Shown: positions 52,195 to 62,039 of the stretch, piece by piece | Numbering within the stretch: position 1 is the first letter of the stretch | Layout of the letters: each line of letters begins with the position of its first letter | Source of the DNA: Longimicrobiales bacterium | Lineage (GTDB): Bacteria; Gemmatimonadota; Gemmatimonadetes; Longimicrobiales; Gaopeijiaceae | Assembly: GCA_965203485.1 (NCBI GenBank) | Contig: OZ241892.1 | Location: 1,280,001 to 1,344,000 of the forward strand | DNA: 64,000 bases | Reading direction: 5' to 3' | Notes under the pieces: model-generated | The model's input: the letters and a program-made list of their open reading frames with translations, nothing else | Database searches by the model: none | Told to the model about the DNA's origin: nothing | Translations under genes and position numbers: made by a program

Positions 52195-53570
52195 CCGACT
52201 CCCGAGACCTGTTCCCCGGCGCGTCCGCCCCCGGGGGGGCGTCCGGTTCTGCTGGTGCAGGAGAATTGAGCCGCGCCCCGCGCGCTGCGCCGCCCGGCGC
52301 TCCCTTGGCGGCCCGCATGAGACCGCGTAGCCTCGCCGAGTTCCGCGGGCAGCAGGCCGTCGTCGGTCCCGGCGGTCCGTTGCGCGCCATGATCGACAGC
52401 GGCCGCGTCTCGAGCTTCATCCTGTGGGGCCCGCCGGGTTCCGGGAAGACGACGTTGGCACGCTTGGTGGCCGAGTCCGCCGACGCCGCGTTCGTGGCGT
52501 TCAGCGCGGTGACCGAAGGCGTGGCGCGCGTGCGCGAGATCATCGCCGAGGCCCGAACGCGCCGACGCGCGACGGGACGGGGCACCATCCTGTTCTGCGA
52601 CGAGATTCATCGCTTCAACAAGGCCCAGCAGGACGCCTTCCTGCCCGTGGTCGAAGCGGGCGACGTCGTGCTCGTCGGCGCCACGACCGAGAACCCGAGC
52701 TTCGAGGTCGTGCGCCCGTTGCTGTCGCGCGCTCCGGTTGTCGTCCTGGAGGCCCTCGCGCCGGACGACTTGGAAGCGCTGCTCTCGGCCGCCCTCGCCG
52801 ACGCGGAGCGGGGCCTGGGCGCAACCGGCCTCTCCGCTGCCGCGCCGGTCCTGCGCCGGATCGCCCAAGCCGCCGACGGCGACGCCCGGCGCGCCCTGGG
52901 CATCCTCGAGCGCGCCGCGGAACTCGGGGCCGCGGTCGGCGGCGAGCTGGCCGCGGACGCCGTCGAGACTGCAATTCAGCACCGCTTCGCCGTCTACGAC
53001 AAGACCGGCGACCAGCACTACGACCTCGTTTCGGCGCTCCACAAGTCGGTGCGGGGCGGCGACCCCGACGCCGCGCTCTACTGGCTCGCGAGAATGCTCG
53101 ACGCCGGCGAAGACCCCATGTACGTCGCGCGCCGGCTCGTGCGCATGGCCGTGGAGGACATCGGACTGGCCGACCCCGGCGCCTTGTCCGTCGCGCTGGC
53201 GGGCCGAGACGCCTACCGGTTCCTGGGATCGCCGGAAGGCGAGCTGGCCCTGGCCCACTCCGCGGCCTACCTGGCCGCCGCGCACAAGTCGAACCGCCTC
53301 TACAAGGGATGGGGCGCCGCCCTGCAGGCCGCCCGCGACGCCCCCGCCGAGCCCGTGCCCCTGCACCTGCGCAACGCGCCGACGCAGCTCATGAAGGACC
53401 TGGGCCACGGCGAGGGATACCAATACGACCCCGACCAGCCCGGCGGCGTCTCACGCCAGCGCTACTTGCCGGAGGCGTTGCTCCGCGAGCGATTCTATCG
53501 GCCGGGCGGAGCGGGCTGGGAGGCCGAAGCCCGCGCGCGCGTCGAGGAATGGCGGCGCAAGCGAGGATAG
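52191..53570 (+). CDS. rarA: Replication-associated recombination protein A
   Basis: PLAARMRP, WGPPGSGKTTLA, DEIHRFNKAQQD, GATTENPSF, HLRNAPT. Confidence 0.96.
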   Translation: MTDSRDLFPGASAPGGASGSAGAGELSRAPRAAPPGAPLAARMRPRSLAEFRGQQAVVGPGGPLRAMIDSGRVSSFILWGPPGSGKTTLARLVAESADAAFVAFSAVTEGVARVREIIAEARTRRRATGRGTILFCDEIHRFNKAQQDAFLPVVEAGDVVLVGATTENPSFEVVRPLLSRAPVVVLEALAPDDLEALLSAALADAERGLGATGLSAAAPVLRRIAQAADGDARRALGILERAAELGAAVGGELAADAVETAIQHRFAVYDKTGDQHYDLVSALHKSVRGGDPDAALYWLARMLDAGEDPMYVARRLVRMAVEDIGLADPGALSVALAGRDAYRFLGSPEGELALAHSAAYLAAAHKSNRLYKGWGAALQAARDAPAEPVPLHLRNAPTQLMKDLGHGEGYQYDPDQPGGVSRQRYLPEALLRERFYRPGGAGWEAEARARVEEWRRKRG

Positions 53571-53578
53571 GACGACTC

Positions 53579-54898
53579 GTGCGAGACCCCCTGCCCGAAT
53601 CGAACGCGTCTCCGGAACGCGTCGTCCTCGTGGGCGCCCCCAGAGGGAGCCGCGCGGTGCGCGAGGCCCAAGCCGACCTCGACGAGCTCGCCCGGCTGAC
53701 CGACACCGCCGGAGGGGTCGTCGCGGGCACGCTCGTCCAGCGCGCGACCGCGCCGCGGCCCCGCTACTACCTGGGCGCCGGCAAGGCGCGCGAGCTGGCC
53801 GCCCTGGTCGAGGAGACCGACGCCGCCCTGGTCGTGTTCGACGACGAACTCACGCCTGCGCAGGGAAGCAACCTCGAGAAGCTCGTCGGCGTGCGCGTCG
53901 TGGACCGCTCGGAACTCATCCTCGACATCTTCGCCACGCGGGCGCGCAGCTACGAGGCCCGGCTTCAGGTAGAACTGGCCCAGCTCCAGTACCTGCTGCC
54001 GCGCCTCAAGCGCATGTGGAGCCATCTCTCTCGCATCCGCGGCGGCATCGGCCTGCGCGGCCCAGGCGAGACCCAGCTGGAGACGGACCGCCGGCTCGTG
54101 GGGGCCCGCATCGCCGAACTCGGACGCAAGCTCAAGGCCGTGGCCCGCGCCCGCGCCACCCGCCGGAGCGCACGCGAGGGCTGGTTCCGGGTCGCGCTCG
54201 TCGGCTACACCAACGCCGGCAAGTCCTCGCTCCTGCAGGCGCTTTCGGGCAAGCCCCAGTTCGTGATGGACCGTCTCTTCGCCACGCTCGACTCGTCCAC
54301 CCGCGCCGTCCCGCTGGGCGACGGCCGCGACGCCCTGGTGACCGACACGGTCGGCTTCATCCGCAAGCTCCCGCACCACCTGGTCGCTTCCTTCCGCTCC
54401 ACGCTCGAAGAGGCGCGCGAAGCGGACGTGCTGCTCCATGTCGTCGATTCGGCCAGCCCCGACCTTGAGCGCCACCGCCGGGTGGTGCGGAGCGTGCTGC
54501 GCGACCTCGACCTGGACGGGCGTCCGCGCGTTCCCGTCTTCCACAAGACCGACCTGCTCGCTCCGGACGCGCTGCTCGCTCTCAAGGAGCGCGCCGCCCG
54601 AGGCTCCCCGAACCCGCCGGTCTTCACGTCGGCCCGCGCCCCGGCCACGCTCGAGCCCCTGCGCCGCGCCCTCGCCGCCCGGCTCGACGCCCGCCTCGTG
54701 CCCGTTCGCGTGGACCTGCCGGCCGCCGACGGCGCCGCTCTGGCCGCGCTCCACCGCGAGGCCCAGATCATCCGCCGCGCCCACGAAGGAACCCGCACCA
54801 CGGTCGTCGCCAACGCTCCTCCCGCCCTCGTGGCCCGCCTGCGCTCCCGAGACGGCGTGCGCGTAGAACCGGTCCCGCCGGCCCCGGCCAAGAGCTAG
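53579..54898 (+). CDS. hflX: GTPase HflX
   Basis: ILDIFATRA, GPGETQLETDRR, VGYTNAGKS, LFATLD, DTVGFI. Confidence 0.96.
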   Translation: MRDPLPESNASPERVVLVGAPRGSRAVREAQADLDELARLTDTAGGVVAGTLVQRATAPRPRYYLGAGKARELAALVEETDAALVVFDDELTPAQGSNLEKLVGVRVVDRSELILDIFATRARSYEARLQVELAQLQYLLPRLKRMWSHLSRIRGGIGLRGPGETQLETDRRLVGARIAELGRKLKAVARARATRRSAREGWFRVALVGYTNAGKSSLLQALSGKPQFVMDRLFATLDSSTRAVPLGDGRDALVTDTVGFIRKLPHHLVASFRSTLEEAREADVLLHVVDSASPDLERHRRVVRSVLRDLDLDGRPRVPVFHKTDLLAPDALLALKERAARGSPNPPVFTSARAPATLEPLRRALAARLDARLVPVRVDLPAADGAALAALHREAQIIRRAHEGTRTTVVANAPPALVARLRSRDGVRVEPVPPAPAKS

Positions 54899-55045
54899 AC
54901 TGGTCCGCTCGCAGGACCCGCAACGCGCTTTCTCGAAAGGTTCCGGACGGCGTCCTGCGCCGCTCTCGCGAATCGTCGCCGATTATCTTTGGCCCGTCGC
55001 GGGCGGCTTCCGCGATGAGCGTTCCCGCGGCCGGAGCATCCCTGC

Positions 55046-55816
55046 GTGCGGCTCTACGTCAACATCGACCACGTGGCCACGGTTCGGCAGGCGCGCCGGA
55101 CCGACGAGCCCGATCCAGCGCGAGCCGCGGTCTTGGCGGAGCTCGGCGGAGCCGACGGGATCACCGTGCACTTGCGCGAGGACCGCCGGCACGTCCAGGA
55201 CCGGGACGTGCGCCTTCTGCGGGATACGATTCGCACCCCCCTGAACTTCGAGCTGGCGGCGGCCGGGGACGTCTTGGAACTGGCGGCGGAGCTGGCGCCG
55301 GCGGCAGCGACGCTGGTGCCCGAAAAGCGCGAGGAGGTGACGACCGAGGGCGGCCTCGACTTGGCGTCCGCCGAGGTGCGCGCGTCGCTCGACGACGCTC
55401 TCCGGCGGCTCGAGTGCGGGGGAACCCGCACGTCCCTCTTCGTCGATCCCGACGAGGGCGCGCTGGACCAAGCGGCACGTCTCCGCGCCGATGCCGTCGA
55501 GCTGCACACCGGCGAATTCGCCAACGCCCGGGACGACGCGGGCAAGCGGCACGAACTCGGCCGTCTGGCCAAGGCCGCCGCGCACGGCCACGCGCTCGGG
55601 CTGGCGGTCCACGCCGGCCACGGCCTCACCTACGAGAACGTCGTCCCGGTGGCCGCGCTGCGCCACGTCGAAGAACTCAACATCGGTCACAGCGTCGTCT
55701 CGCGGGCCGTGTTCGTGGGAATGGAGCGCGCGGTCCGGGAGATGAAGGAGATCGTCGAACGCGCTCCCGCCCGCGTGCGGTCGCCGGGCGCGTGGACGCC
55801 GCCTGCCGGGTTCTAG
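55046..55816 (+). CDS. pdxJ: Pyridoxine 5'-phosphate synthase
   Basis: [39 protein letters not shown]. Confidence 0.97.
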   Translation: MRLYVNIDHVATVRQARRTDEPDPARAAVLAELGGADGITVHLREDRRHVQDRDVRLLRDTIRTPLNFELAAAGDVLELAAELAPAAATLVPEKREEVTTEGGLDLASAEVRASLDDALRRLECGGTRTSLFVDPDEGALDQAARLRADAVELHTGEFANARDDAGKRHELGRLAKAAAHGHALGLAVHAGHGLTYENVVPVAALRHVEELNIGHSVVSRAVFVGMERAVREMKEIVERAPARVRSPGAWTPPAGF

Positions 55817-55825
55817 GACGGGCGG

Positions 55826-56908
55826 GTGAGCGCTTGGTGGAAAACCGCGGCCGGCTTGGCCGTGGTCGCGGCGCTGTTCTGGTGGCTGTTCCGCGACGTG
55901 GACCCCGCGGACGTCTGGGCCCAAGTGCGGGGTGCGGACTTCCTCCTGCTGTCCTTGGCGGTGGCCGCCACCACGGCCGGCTTTCTCGTGCGGGCCGTAC
56001 GCTGGCGCTGGCTTCTGGCGCCGGTTCACCCGGCCACGCCGCTGCGCTCCCGGTTCGCGGCCGTCTGCGTCGGCTTCATGGTGAACAACTTCCTGCCCCG
56101 GGTGGGCGAGCTGGCGCGGGCGTACGCCTACAGCCGGATCGAGCCCGTGCCCGCCGCAACGGCCTTCGCGACGCTTGTCGTGGAACGCTTCCTCGACGGC
56201 GTGGCGGTGCTGCTGCTTCTGGCCGTGGCCGTCGCGAGCCCGGGCTTTCCAGCGGACGACCTGCCCGCGGAGGTGGTCGTCGGCCTGCGTTCGGTGGCGG
56301 GCTTGACGTTGGTGGTCTTGGCGGGTTCGGCTCTGCTGGTTGCTTTCCCGGACCGGAGCACGCGCCTCCTCGCCAGCGGGGCGCACCGCTGGCTGCCCGC
56401 CGGGCTCGCCGCCAGGACGGAGGCCGCGGCCACGGGCTTCGTGGCGGGCTTCGCGGCTCTGCGCGGCTGGCGGACGCTCGTGCCGGCCGCGCTCTGGAGC
56501 GTGGCGTTTTGGGCGCTCCAGTCCCTGTCTTTCTGGATCGGCTTCTTCGCCTTCGGCATCCACCTCCCCTACACGGCCGCGCTCTTCATGAACGCGGCGG
56601 TGGCGGCCGCCGTCGTCGTCCCGACGCCCGGTTACGTCGGAACGCTCCAGGCGGGGGCCACGCTGGCGCTGCGCGACGTCTACGGCGCGCCGGAGGCTTC
56701 CACGCTGGGCTTCGCCGTCGGCTGGCACCTGGGCGCCTTCGTCCCCATCACTCTGCTCGGTCTCTGGTACGCCCGGCGGATCGGCCTCTCCTTCGGCGAG
56801 ATGGCGTCCGGAAGCCGGGCAGCCGCAGGGGACGAGGCCGGTGCGCGCCCGGCGCCGGATGCGCCCGAGCCGGCCGTTGCGGCTCGATCCGAGGGCCTGC
56901 GCCCTTGA
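55826..56908 (+). CDS. Lysylphosphatidylglycerol synthase TM-domain (flippase-like, UPF0104) protein
   Basis: RAVRW, NNFLPRVGELAR, ERFLD, PTPGYVG; multiple TMs. Confidence 0.88.
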   Translation: MSAWWKTAAGLAVVAALFWWLFRDVDPADVWAQVRGADFLLLSLAVAATTAGFLVRAVRWRWLLAPVHPATPLRSRFAAVCVGFMVNNFLPRVGELARAYAYSRIEPVPAATAFATLVVERFLDGVAVLLLLAVAVASPGFPADDLPAEVVVGLRSVAGLTLVVLAGSALLVAFPDRSTRLLASGAHRWLPAGLAARTEAAATGFVAGFAALRGWRTLVPAALWSVAFWALQSLSFWIGFFAFGIHLPYTAALFMNAAVAAAVVVPTPGYVGTLQAGATLALRDVYGAPEASTLGFAVGWHLGAFVPITLLGLWYARRIGLSFGEMASGSRAAAGDEAGARPAPDAPEPAVAARSEGLRP

Positions 56909-57876
56909 AACGCGCGCGAGGACGACGCCCGCCCGCCGCGCCGGGCGGCCGCTCGCTCCCAGCGTCCGCGCCCTTGGACCGGGTCTCCGTCGATTGTCCC
57001 GCCAAGGTCAACCTGTTCTTGCGAGTCCTGGCCCGGGAAGACTCCGGATACCATCAGATCGAGACCTTCTTCCTGGCCGTGGGGCTCTACGACCGCCTGA
57101 CGGCCGAGAGGGGAAGCCCGGGCGTCGCTTTGCGGATCGAGGCCGGCCCGTGCTCGGACGACCTCGGCCCGCCCAGCCAGAACACCGTCAGCCGCGCGGC
57201 CGCGGCCTTCTACGACGCCGCGGAACTCCGGCCCGCCGTGGCCCTTTCGCTTGCCAAGCGGATTCCCGCGGGCACCGGTCTGGGCGGCGGTTCGTCCGAC
57301 GCGGCCGCCACGCTGGTTGCGCTGAACCGCCTCCACGGCGAGCCGCTGACGCAACGCGATCTCCTGCGGGTCGGCGGCGGTGTCGGATCGGACGTGCCGT
57401 TCTTCTGCAATGGAGCGCCCGCCGCCTTCGCGTGGGGCAGGGGAGACCGGTTGCTCCCGGTTCGCCCCCCCGGGCCTGCGTGGGTCGCGATCGCGGCGCC
57501 CCGCGAGCGGACTTCGACGGCCGAAGCCTACGGCGCCGTCGCGTCGGCGCTTTCGCTTCCGGCCGGACCGTCGGTCGTGCCGGACATGGTCCTCGAGGGA
57601 TGGCGCGCACTGGCGCGGATTCGCCGCAACGACTTCGAGGAGGACGCGTTTCGCCGCGTGCCCGCATTGGCCGAGGCGTCCGCCGTCATGAAGGGCGAGG
57701 GCGCGATCATGGCGGGTCTCACGGGCAGCGGATCGGCGGTCTTCGGTCTCTTTGCGACCGAGAGGGCGGCATCGGCCGCGGCCGCGCGCGCGCGATCGCT
57801 GGAGGCTGTCGCGGAAGCCGCGGCAGCGCCTTCCCTCGAGCGGCCGTGGCTGGGCGCCCCGACGCGTGCACGCTAG
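56905..57876 (+). CDS. ispE: 4-diphosphocytidyl-2-C-methyl-D-erythritol kinase
   Basis: PAKVNLFL, GYHQIET, KRIPAGTGLGGGSSDAA, GSDVPFF, TGSGS. Confidence 0.95.
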   Translation: MKRARGRRPPAAPGGRSLPASAPLDRVSVDCPAKVNLFLRVLAREDSGYHQIETFFLAVGLYDRLTAERGSPGVALRIEAGPCSDDLGPPSQNTVSRAAAAFYDAAELRPAVALSLAKRIPAGTGLGGGSSDAAATLVALNRLHGEPLTQRDLLRVGGGVGSDVPFFCNGAPAAFAWGRGDRLLPVRPPGPAWVAIAAPRERTSTAEAYGAVASALSLPAGPSVVPDMVLEGWRALARIRRNDFEEDAFRRVPALAEASAVMKGEGAIMAGLTGSGSAVFGLFATERAASAAAARARSLEAVAEAAAAPSLERPWLGAPTRAR

Positions 57877-58741
57877 CGAAACCGGCGGCGTCCTCGCTCG
57901 CAACACCCCGGGAACTCGCCGCCTCTACGCCGGCCATCCCTGGGGAAGCCGTCGTCCGCGGGGATGGACAGGGTTCTGGTTCGGGGTTGCGCGAGCGCTT
58001 CCCGGAGGATGGCCGTGGAGCCGCCTCGCTCTCGTGGCGCGCCGCTTGGCCCGCCGGCGCCTGGAGGGTCCAGTGGACGCTCGGACATGGGGGTTCAGGC
58101 TGCGGTTGCATCCGCGCGGTTCGGTCTCCGAGGCCAGGATTCTGTTCCTGCCCCGCGAGTGGGACCGCCGCGAACGCGCCTTCCTCGCCGAGCGGCTGCG
58201 GCCGGGCGCGGTCTTCGTGGACGTGGGCGCCAACGTGGGCGGCTACGCGTTCTGGGCGGCTTCGCTGGTCGGCGAGACGGGGCGCGTGCTGGTCTTCGAG
58301 CCCGATCCCGCGCTGGTGCGGCAACTTCGCTGGAACGTGGGAGCCAACCGAGCGGAGGGCCGGATCCGCGTGGTCGAAGCGGCGGTTGGCGCGTCTTGTG
58401 GGACGGGCCGGTTGCTGCGCGCCGCGGGCAACTCGGGACAGAACCGTCTGGCGGACGACGGCGAGGGCCTGCCGGTACGGGTAGTAGCCTTGGCCGACGC
58501 CGTTGCGGCGGTAGGCCTGGCGCGCATCGATGCCCTCAAGGTCGATGTCGAGGGACGGGAGGCGGACGTGCTCAAGTCCTTCTTCGCCGTCGGCCCGCGC
58601 CGCCTACGGCCGCGGACGCTGGTGGTGGAGTTCGGCGACGCGCCCCCGCCCGAAGGCGACGACTTGGCGCAGTGGATCGTTGCCCAAGGATACCGCTTGG
58701 CGTTGCGCACCAAGTTGAACGGCGTTTTCGAACAGGCGTGA
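57866..58741 (+). CDS. FkbM family methyltransferase
   Basis: FVDVGANVG, VFEP, IDALKVDVEGRE; start uncertain. Confidence 0.9.
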   Translation: MHASETGGVLARNTPGTRRLYAGHPWGSRRPRGWTGFWFGVARALPGGWPWSRLALVARRLARRRLEGPVDARTWGFRLRLHPRGSVSEARILFLPREWDRRERAFLAERLRPGAVFVDVGANVGGYAFWAASLVGETGRVLVFEPDPALVRQLRWNVGANRAEGRIRVVEAAVGASCGTGRLLRAAGNSGQNRLADDGEGLPVRVVALADAVAAVGLARIDALKVDVEGREADVLKSFFAVGPRRLRPRTLVVEFGDAPPPEGDDLAQWIVAQGYRLALRTKLNGVFEQA

Positions 58742-58815
58742 CGCAACCCGGCCGCTGGGCCGTCGTCCCATGGCCAACTTGATCTTCCACGTCCAATGCG
58801 ACGTGTGATCTCCAC

Positions 58816-59353
58816 TCACGGCGGCCCTTCCCAAACCCGAATGTGGTCGTGCCAGATGAGCCATAGCGCTTCGCCCGCGTAGCTCGCCGCGTATTCAGCG
58901 ATGGGAAACGCCTGGAACCCCTGGCAATGATGCTGCGGGAGATTGCATTCAGCGGACAGGTGACCACGAGTGACGAAGAGAAACGCTGGAGATTCTGAAT
59001 TCAGCGTACAGGACACCCCGCCGGGCCGCCACGACGTCCCCTTGATGGAACAATCGTGCCGAAATGCTAAGAAGGCCTCGACCGCCGACATCCAACGACA
59101 AGATATGATCGTCGGCGTCCAGGAAGTCCTGAGCATCAAGGACATGCCTATCGATCCTAATCTGCATTCCTGCAAGGCCCGCGGAGTCCGAAAGAAGACC
59201 ATTCCACGACACCACGCTGTCAGGATGTACGCTAGGTCCGCTATACACCTCATTGGTCGGTATAACCCTGAGGCGCCACGGAAACACATCACCTTCGTCG
59301 TCGCAGGCGCTGCTTGCGAGCACAAGCGCCATCCCGGCAAATCGGGCGTACAT
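58816..59353 (-). pseudogene. Lipoprotein gene with probable +1 frameshift near 59024
   Basis: MYARFAGMALVLASSA-C lipobox. Removing one C from CCC (59023-59025) joins ...GDVVAA to GGVSCTLN...EALWLIWHDHIRVWEGPP-stop. Confidence 0.55.
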
Positions 59354-59378
59354 GCGAATGAGCCGCGCGCTTCGTTTG

Positions 59379-60193
59379 CTATCGGCCGACATTATTGAGC
59401 CAAGTTGATCGGATGTGATTGGGATTCCAGTTGGAAGGCTCGTTTGCGCGCTCGGAACAGTATTGCGGGTTCTAGATCCGGCCCGGCGCCGAGAATCGGG
59501 AGGATGGATCGTGCACGTTCTGAACACTTCGATGACGTACGTAGACGGATACGTCGTGCTGTCTCCTGTTTCGTTATTTGTATCGATCAAGTCTTGAAAC
59601 AGTGCGGCAACGCTTCCTTCCGTTTCTGCCCTTCTTGTTGTTTCTTCGGCATTCTCGAAATCAAAAACGCCAGGAGCACCTATGCTCGCGGCATAGTTCG
59701 CCAATCCCTCAGAAAATGCGCACGTATAGGAAGAAGGAACCCACAAGTAGTGCGGATTGCATCGAGTCGTGGTCCACATGCCGCCGAGAGAAACACAATG
59801 CAGTGCATGGCCGTACTCGTGCGCAGCAACCCACTTGGTGCTCTTAGGGCTCAATACGATTTCGTTGTGGCGACGACTGAAGAAAGAACGATCGCCAGAA
59901 CCGATCCGCCATCGAACCGGTGGCGTACCGTAGCCGAAGTGCCCGCGAATGCGTGGGATCACTTCGTTCAAATGGCGCCAGCTTAAGTACACCGCGCGGG
60001 TGATGGCGACTTGAATCGTATCGCCGCATTGATGGGAGGCCGCGGTCCAGTATGGCGCGGCGACTGCCGGTCCTGCATACGCGGTGCCCGGCACGCTGAC
60101 GCTGCCTTTCCAGTACTCGAAAGGCCCGGCGCAAGGGAATGAGACGACGCCGGTACGCGGAATGCGCGTGCCGCCGTCTTGCTCGCGGGCCGG
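59379..60193 (-). pseudogene. 5'-truncated, frameshifted HEXXH zinc metalloprotease-like gene
   Basis: AAHEYGHAL and FSEGLA motifs. The frame opens after a stop at about 60194 without a proper start. A plausible C-terminus SERANEPSNWNPNHIRSTWLNNVGR-stop lies in another frame from about 59456. Confidence 0.6.
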
Positions 60194-60272
60194 TCATGGC
60201 GTCCGCGGCCGGTCGTCGTTACAATTCTTGGAGCGATACCGGCCCGCTTGGCGTCGTGGCCGGATCCGGCAA

Positions 60273-60343
60273 TGGCCCGTCGTCTAATGGCAGGACTCCG
60301 GTCTTTGGAACCGGCGGTGGTGGTTCGAGTCCACCCGGGCCAA
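60273..60343 (+). tRNA. tRNA-Gln(UUG), CCA not encoded
   Basis: Acceptor stem TGGCCCG/CGGGCCA; anticodon arm CCGGT-CTTTGGA-ACCGG; T arm GGTGG-TTCGAGT-CCACC; discriminator A followed by CTG. Confidence 0.97.
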
Positions 60344-60399
60344 CTGCTCCAACTTCGGAAGCCGTTTCCGGCGCGGCGCCTACCCGTTTCCCGGCGCCT

Positions 60400-60726
60400 T
60401 CAGGTTGGGCGGTTCGGAACCCCGCGTTCCCCGGCTCGTCGTTCCGCTGCCGCGATAGAGCGCTTCCTGTGCGTTGGACTCCGCCGCTCGCCCTTGGTGG
60501 CGTGCAGCCGCAGCCAAGCGTCGAAGTTGCGGCTGGCCCGTACCACGCCGTAGAACCAGCGGGGCGAGCGCCGCCCGCCGACGATCAAGTCGATCAGTAT
60601 GGCGACGATCGACAGGTTGAAGACCAGCAGGTCCTTGACTCCGTCGACGGCCAACTTGATCTGGAAGACGACGAAGTCGCGCGTGGCGACGGTCTTGGAG
60701 GGGCCGGTCGGTTCGGGCGTCCTCAT
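60400..60726 (-). CDS. Hypothetical membrane-associated protein (108 aa)
   Basis: GAGG RBS, ATG 60726; FQIKLAVDGVKDLL followed by a hydrophobic helix and FDAWLRL. Confidence 0.7.
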   Translation of the reverse strand: MRTPEPTGPSKTVATRDFVVFQIKLAVDGVKDLLVFNLSIVAILIDLIVGGRRSPRWFYGVVRASRNFDAWLRLHATKGERRSPTHRKRSIAAAERRAGERGVPNRPT

Positions 60727-60817
60727 TCGGCTTCCTCTGCGTCGACTGGCGGAAGCAGATGCGTCGGTGCGGGCAGAACGCCCACGACGGCGCCCGGAAA
60801 TGCTTGCACAGCCGGCC

Positions 60818-62029
60818 TTACGCGTTCCCGCCGGGGCCGGCCGGACCGGCGCCGTCGGTCCAGCGGAAGTAGAAGCGCTGCCACAGCTGGCGTACCCGTT
60901 CTCTGAAGACTTCCTTGCGGTCCCCAGTGCGGTCCACTGGTTGCACCCAGAAGCGGCAGCCCTTCGGACCGAAGGACTCCGTGCGGGCCTGGCCCATTGC
61001 GAAGATCGGTTGCGTGAGCCGAAGAAAGTCCGCCGGGGCGTACTCCCGGCCCTCTTGAATGGCGAGGGCGTGCGCGACGGCGGCATCGCCGCCCCGGGCA
61101 GGCGGAAACGCGTGGAACGCCCTCATCCCGCCGTCGGTGAGTTCGACGCGCAGGATGAACTCGAGTCCCGTGGCTTCAGTGTACCAGCAGGGCGACGGGT
61201 CGATGCCGGTTCCCTCCAGCTGCCGCAGTTGGTTCTCCCGGTGTTCGGCGCGGCCCACGGCGTCGTCCCGTTCGCGCGCGATCGACTCCACTGCACGCTC
61301 CAGAGAATCTGCGACGGCGTTCAGCGAATCCGCCGCCGACCCGGCTAGGAGACGGTAGGCCTCCCTTCGCCGGGCGTCCGCCGACCGCAGGACCGCGCGA
61401 GCGTTCTCGAGGTCCTCCTCCAGCTGCTTCGCGCGTCCTGCCCTGGCCACGACGGAATCCACCTGCGCGGCCGTGAGGTCGCGCCTTCCTGCCAACTGCC
61501 GGCGCAACGCGTCGCCGAAGCGCCCCGTTTCTTCGGCCGCCGACTCGAGCGAGTCGATCCTGGCGGCCTGCCTGGCCAACGCCTGTTCGCTTCGCGCGAC
61601 CGAATCCTCGAGCCGGGCGATCCGGCCAGCCTGATCCAGAAGACTGTCGGCTTCGTCGTCGCCGCCGTCGTCGGCCAGCAAGGCGCGGGCGGCCCTTTCC
61701 CGCTCGGCGGCTTCGGTTGCCGCGCGCTCCGCCGAATCGGCCTTCGCGCCCAGGCGCCGCGCCTCCTGCAACCAAGCGTCGCTGTTGATGTAGGACGAGT
61801 CGCCGCCCAGCGCCATCCCTTCGAGAATGGCGCGGTCCACCTCGGCGTCGGCGAGCTCTTCCTCGGCATCGGCGCGGCCTGCCTCCGCCTGCTCCTTGGA
61901 GAGCGCCTCCCGTCCGAGCAGCGCCGCGGACGCCAAGAGCAGGATGAACACGAGGACGCTGAACGTTTCCGCAAGCGTCATGCCCAGGGCCAAGCCCTTG
62001 CGGTAGTGCTTCTTCTCGGCCGGGAGCAT
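60818..62029 (-). CDS. MotB/ZorB-like single-TM protein with coiled coil and unassigned C-terminal domain
   Basis: Basic N-terminus, TM LGMTLAETFSVLVFILLL with an acidic residue, long Ala/Glu/Arg helical region, C-terminal domain with PCWY and GCRF. Confidence 0.6.
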   Translation of the reverse strand: MLPAEKKHYRKGLALGMTLAETFSVLVFILLLASAALLGREALSKEQAEAGRADAEEELADAEVDRAILEGMALGGDSSYINSDAWLQEARRLGAKADSAERAATEAAERERAARALLADDGGDDEADSLLDQAGRIARLEDSVARSEQALARQAARIDSLESAAEETGRFGDALRRQLAGRRDLTAAQVDSVVARAGRAKQLEEDLENARAVLRSADARRREAYRLLAGSAADSLNAVADSLERAVESIARERDDAVGRAEHRENQLRQLEGTGIDPSPCWYTEATGLEFILRVELTDGGMRAFHAFPPARGGDAAVAHALAIQEGREYAPADFLRLTQPIFAMGQARTESFGPKGCRFWVQPVDRTGDRKEVFRERVRQLWQRFYFRWTDGAGPAGPGGNA

Positions 62030-62039
62030 GGCGAATCCC

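Noticed and set aside
58970..59986. Plus-strand ORFs in the lower-GC island
   Set aside because: Antisense to the motif-bearing protease and lipoprotein frames; no recognisable motifs.
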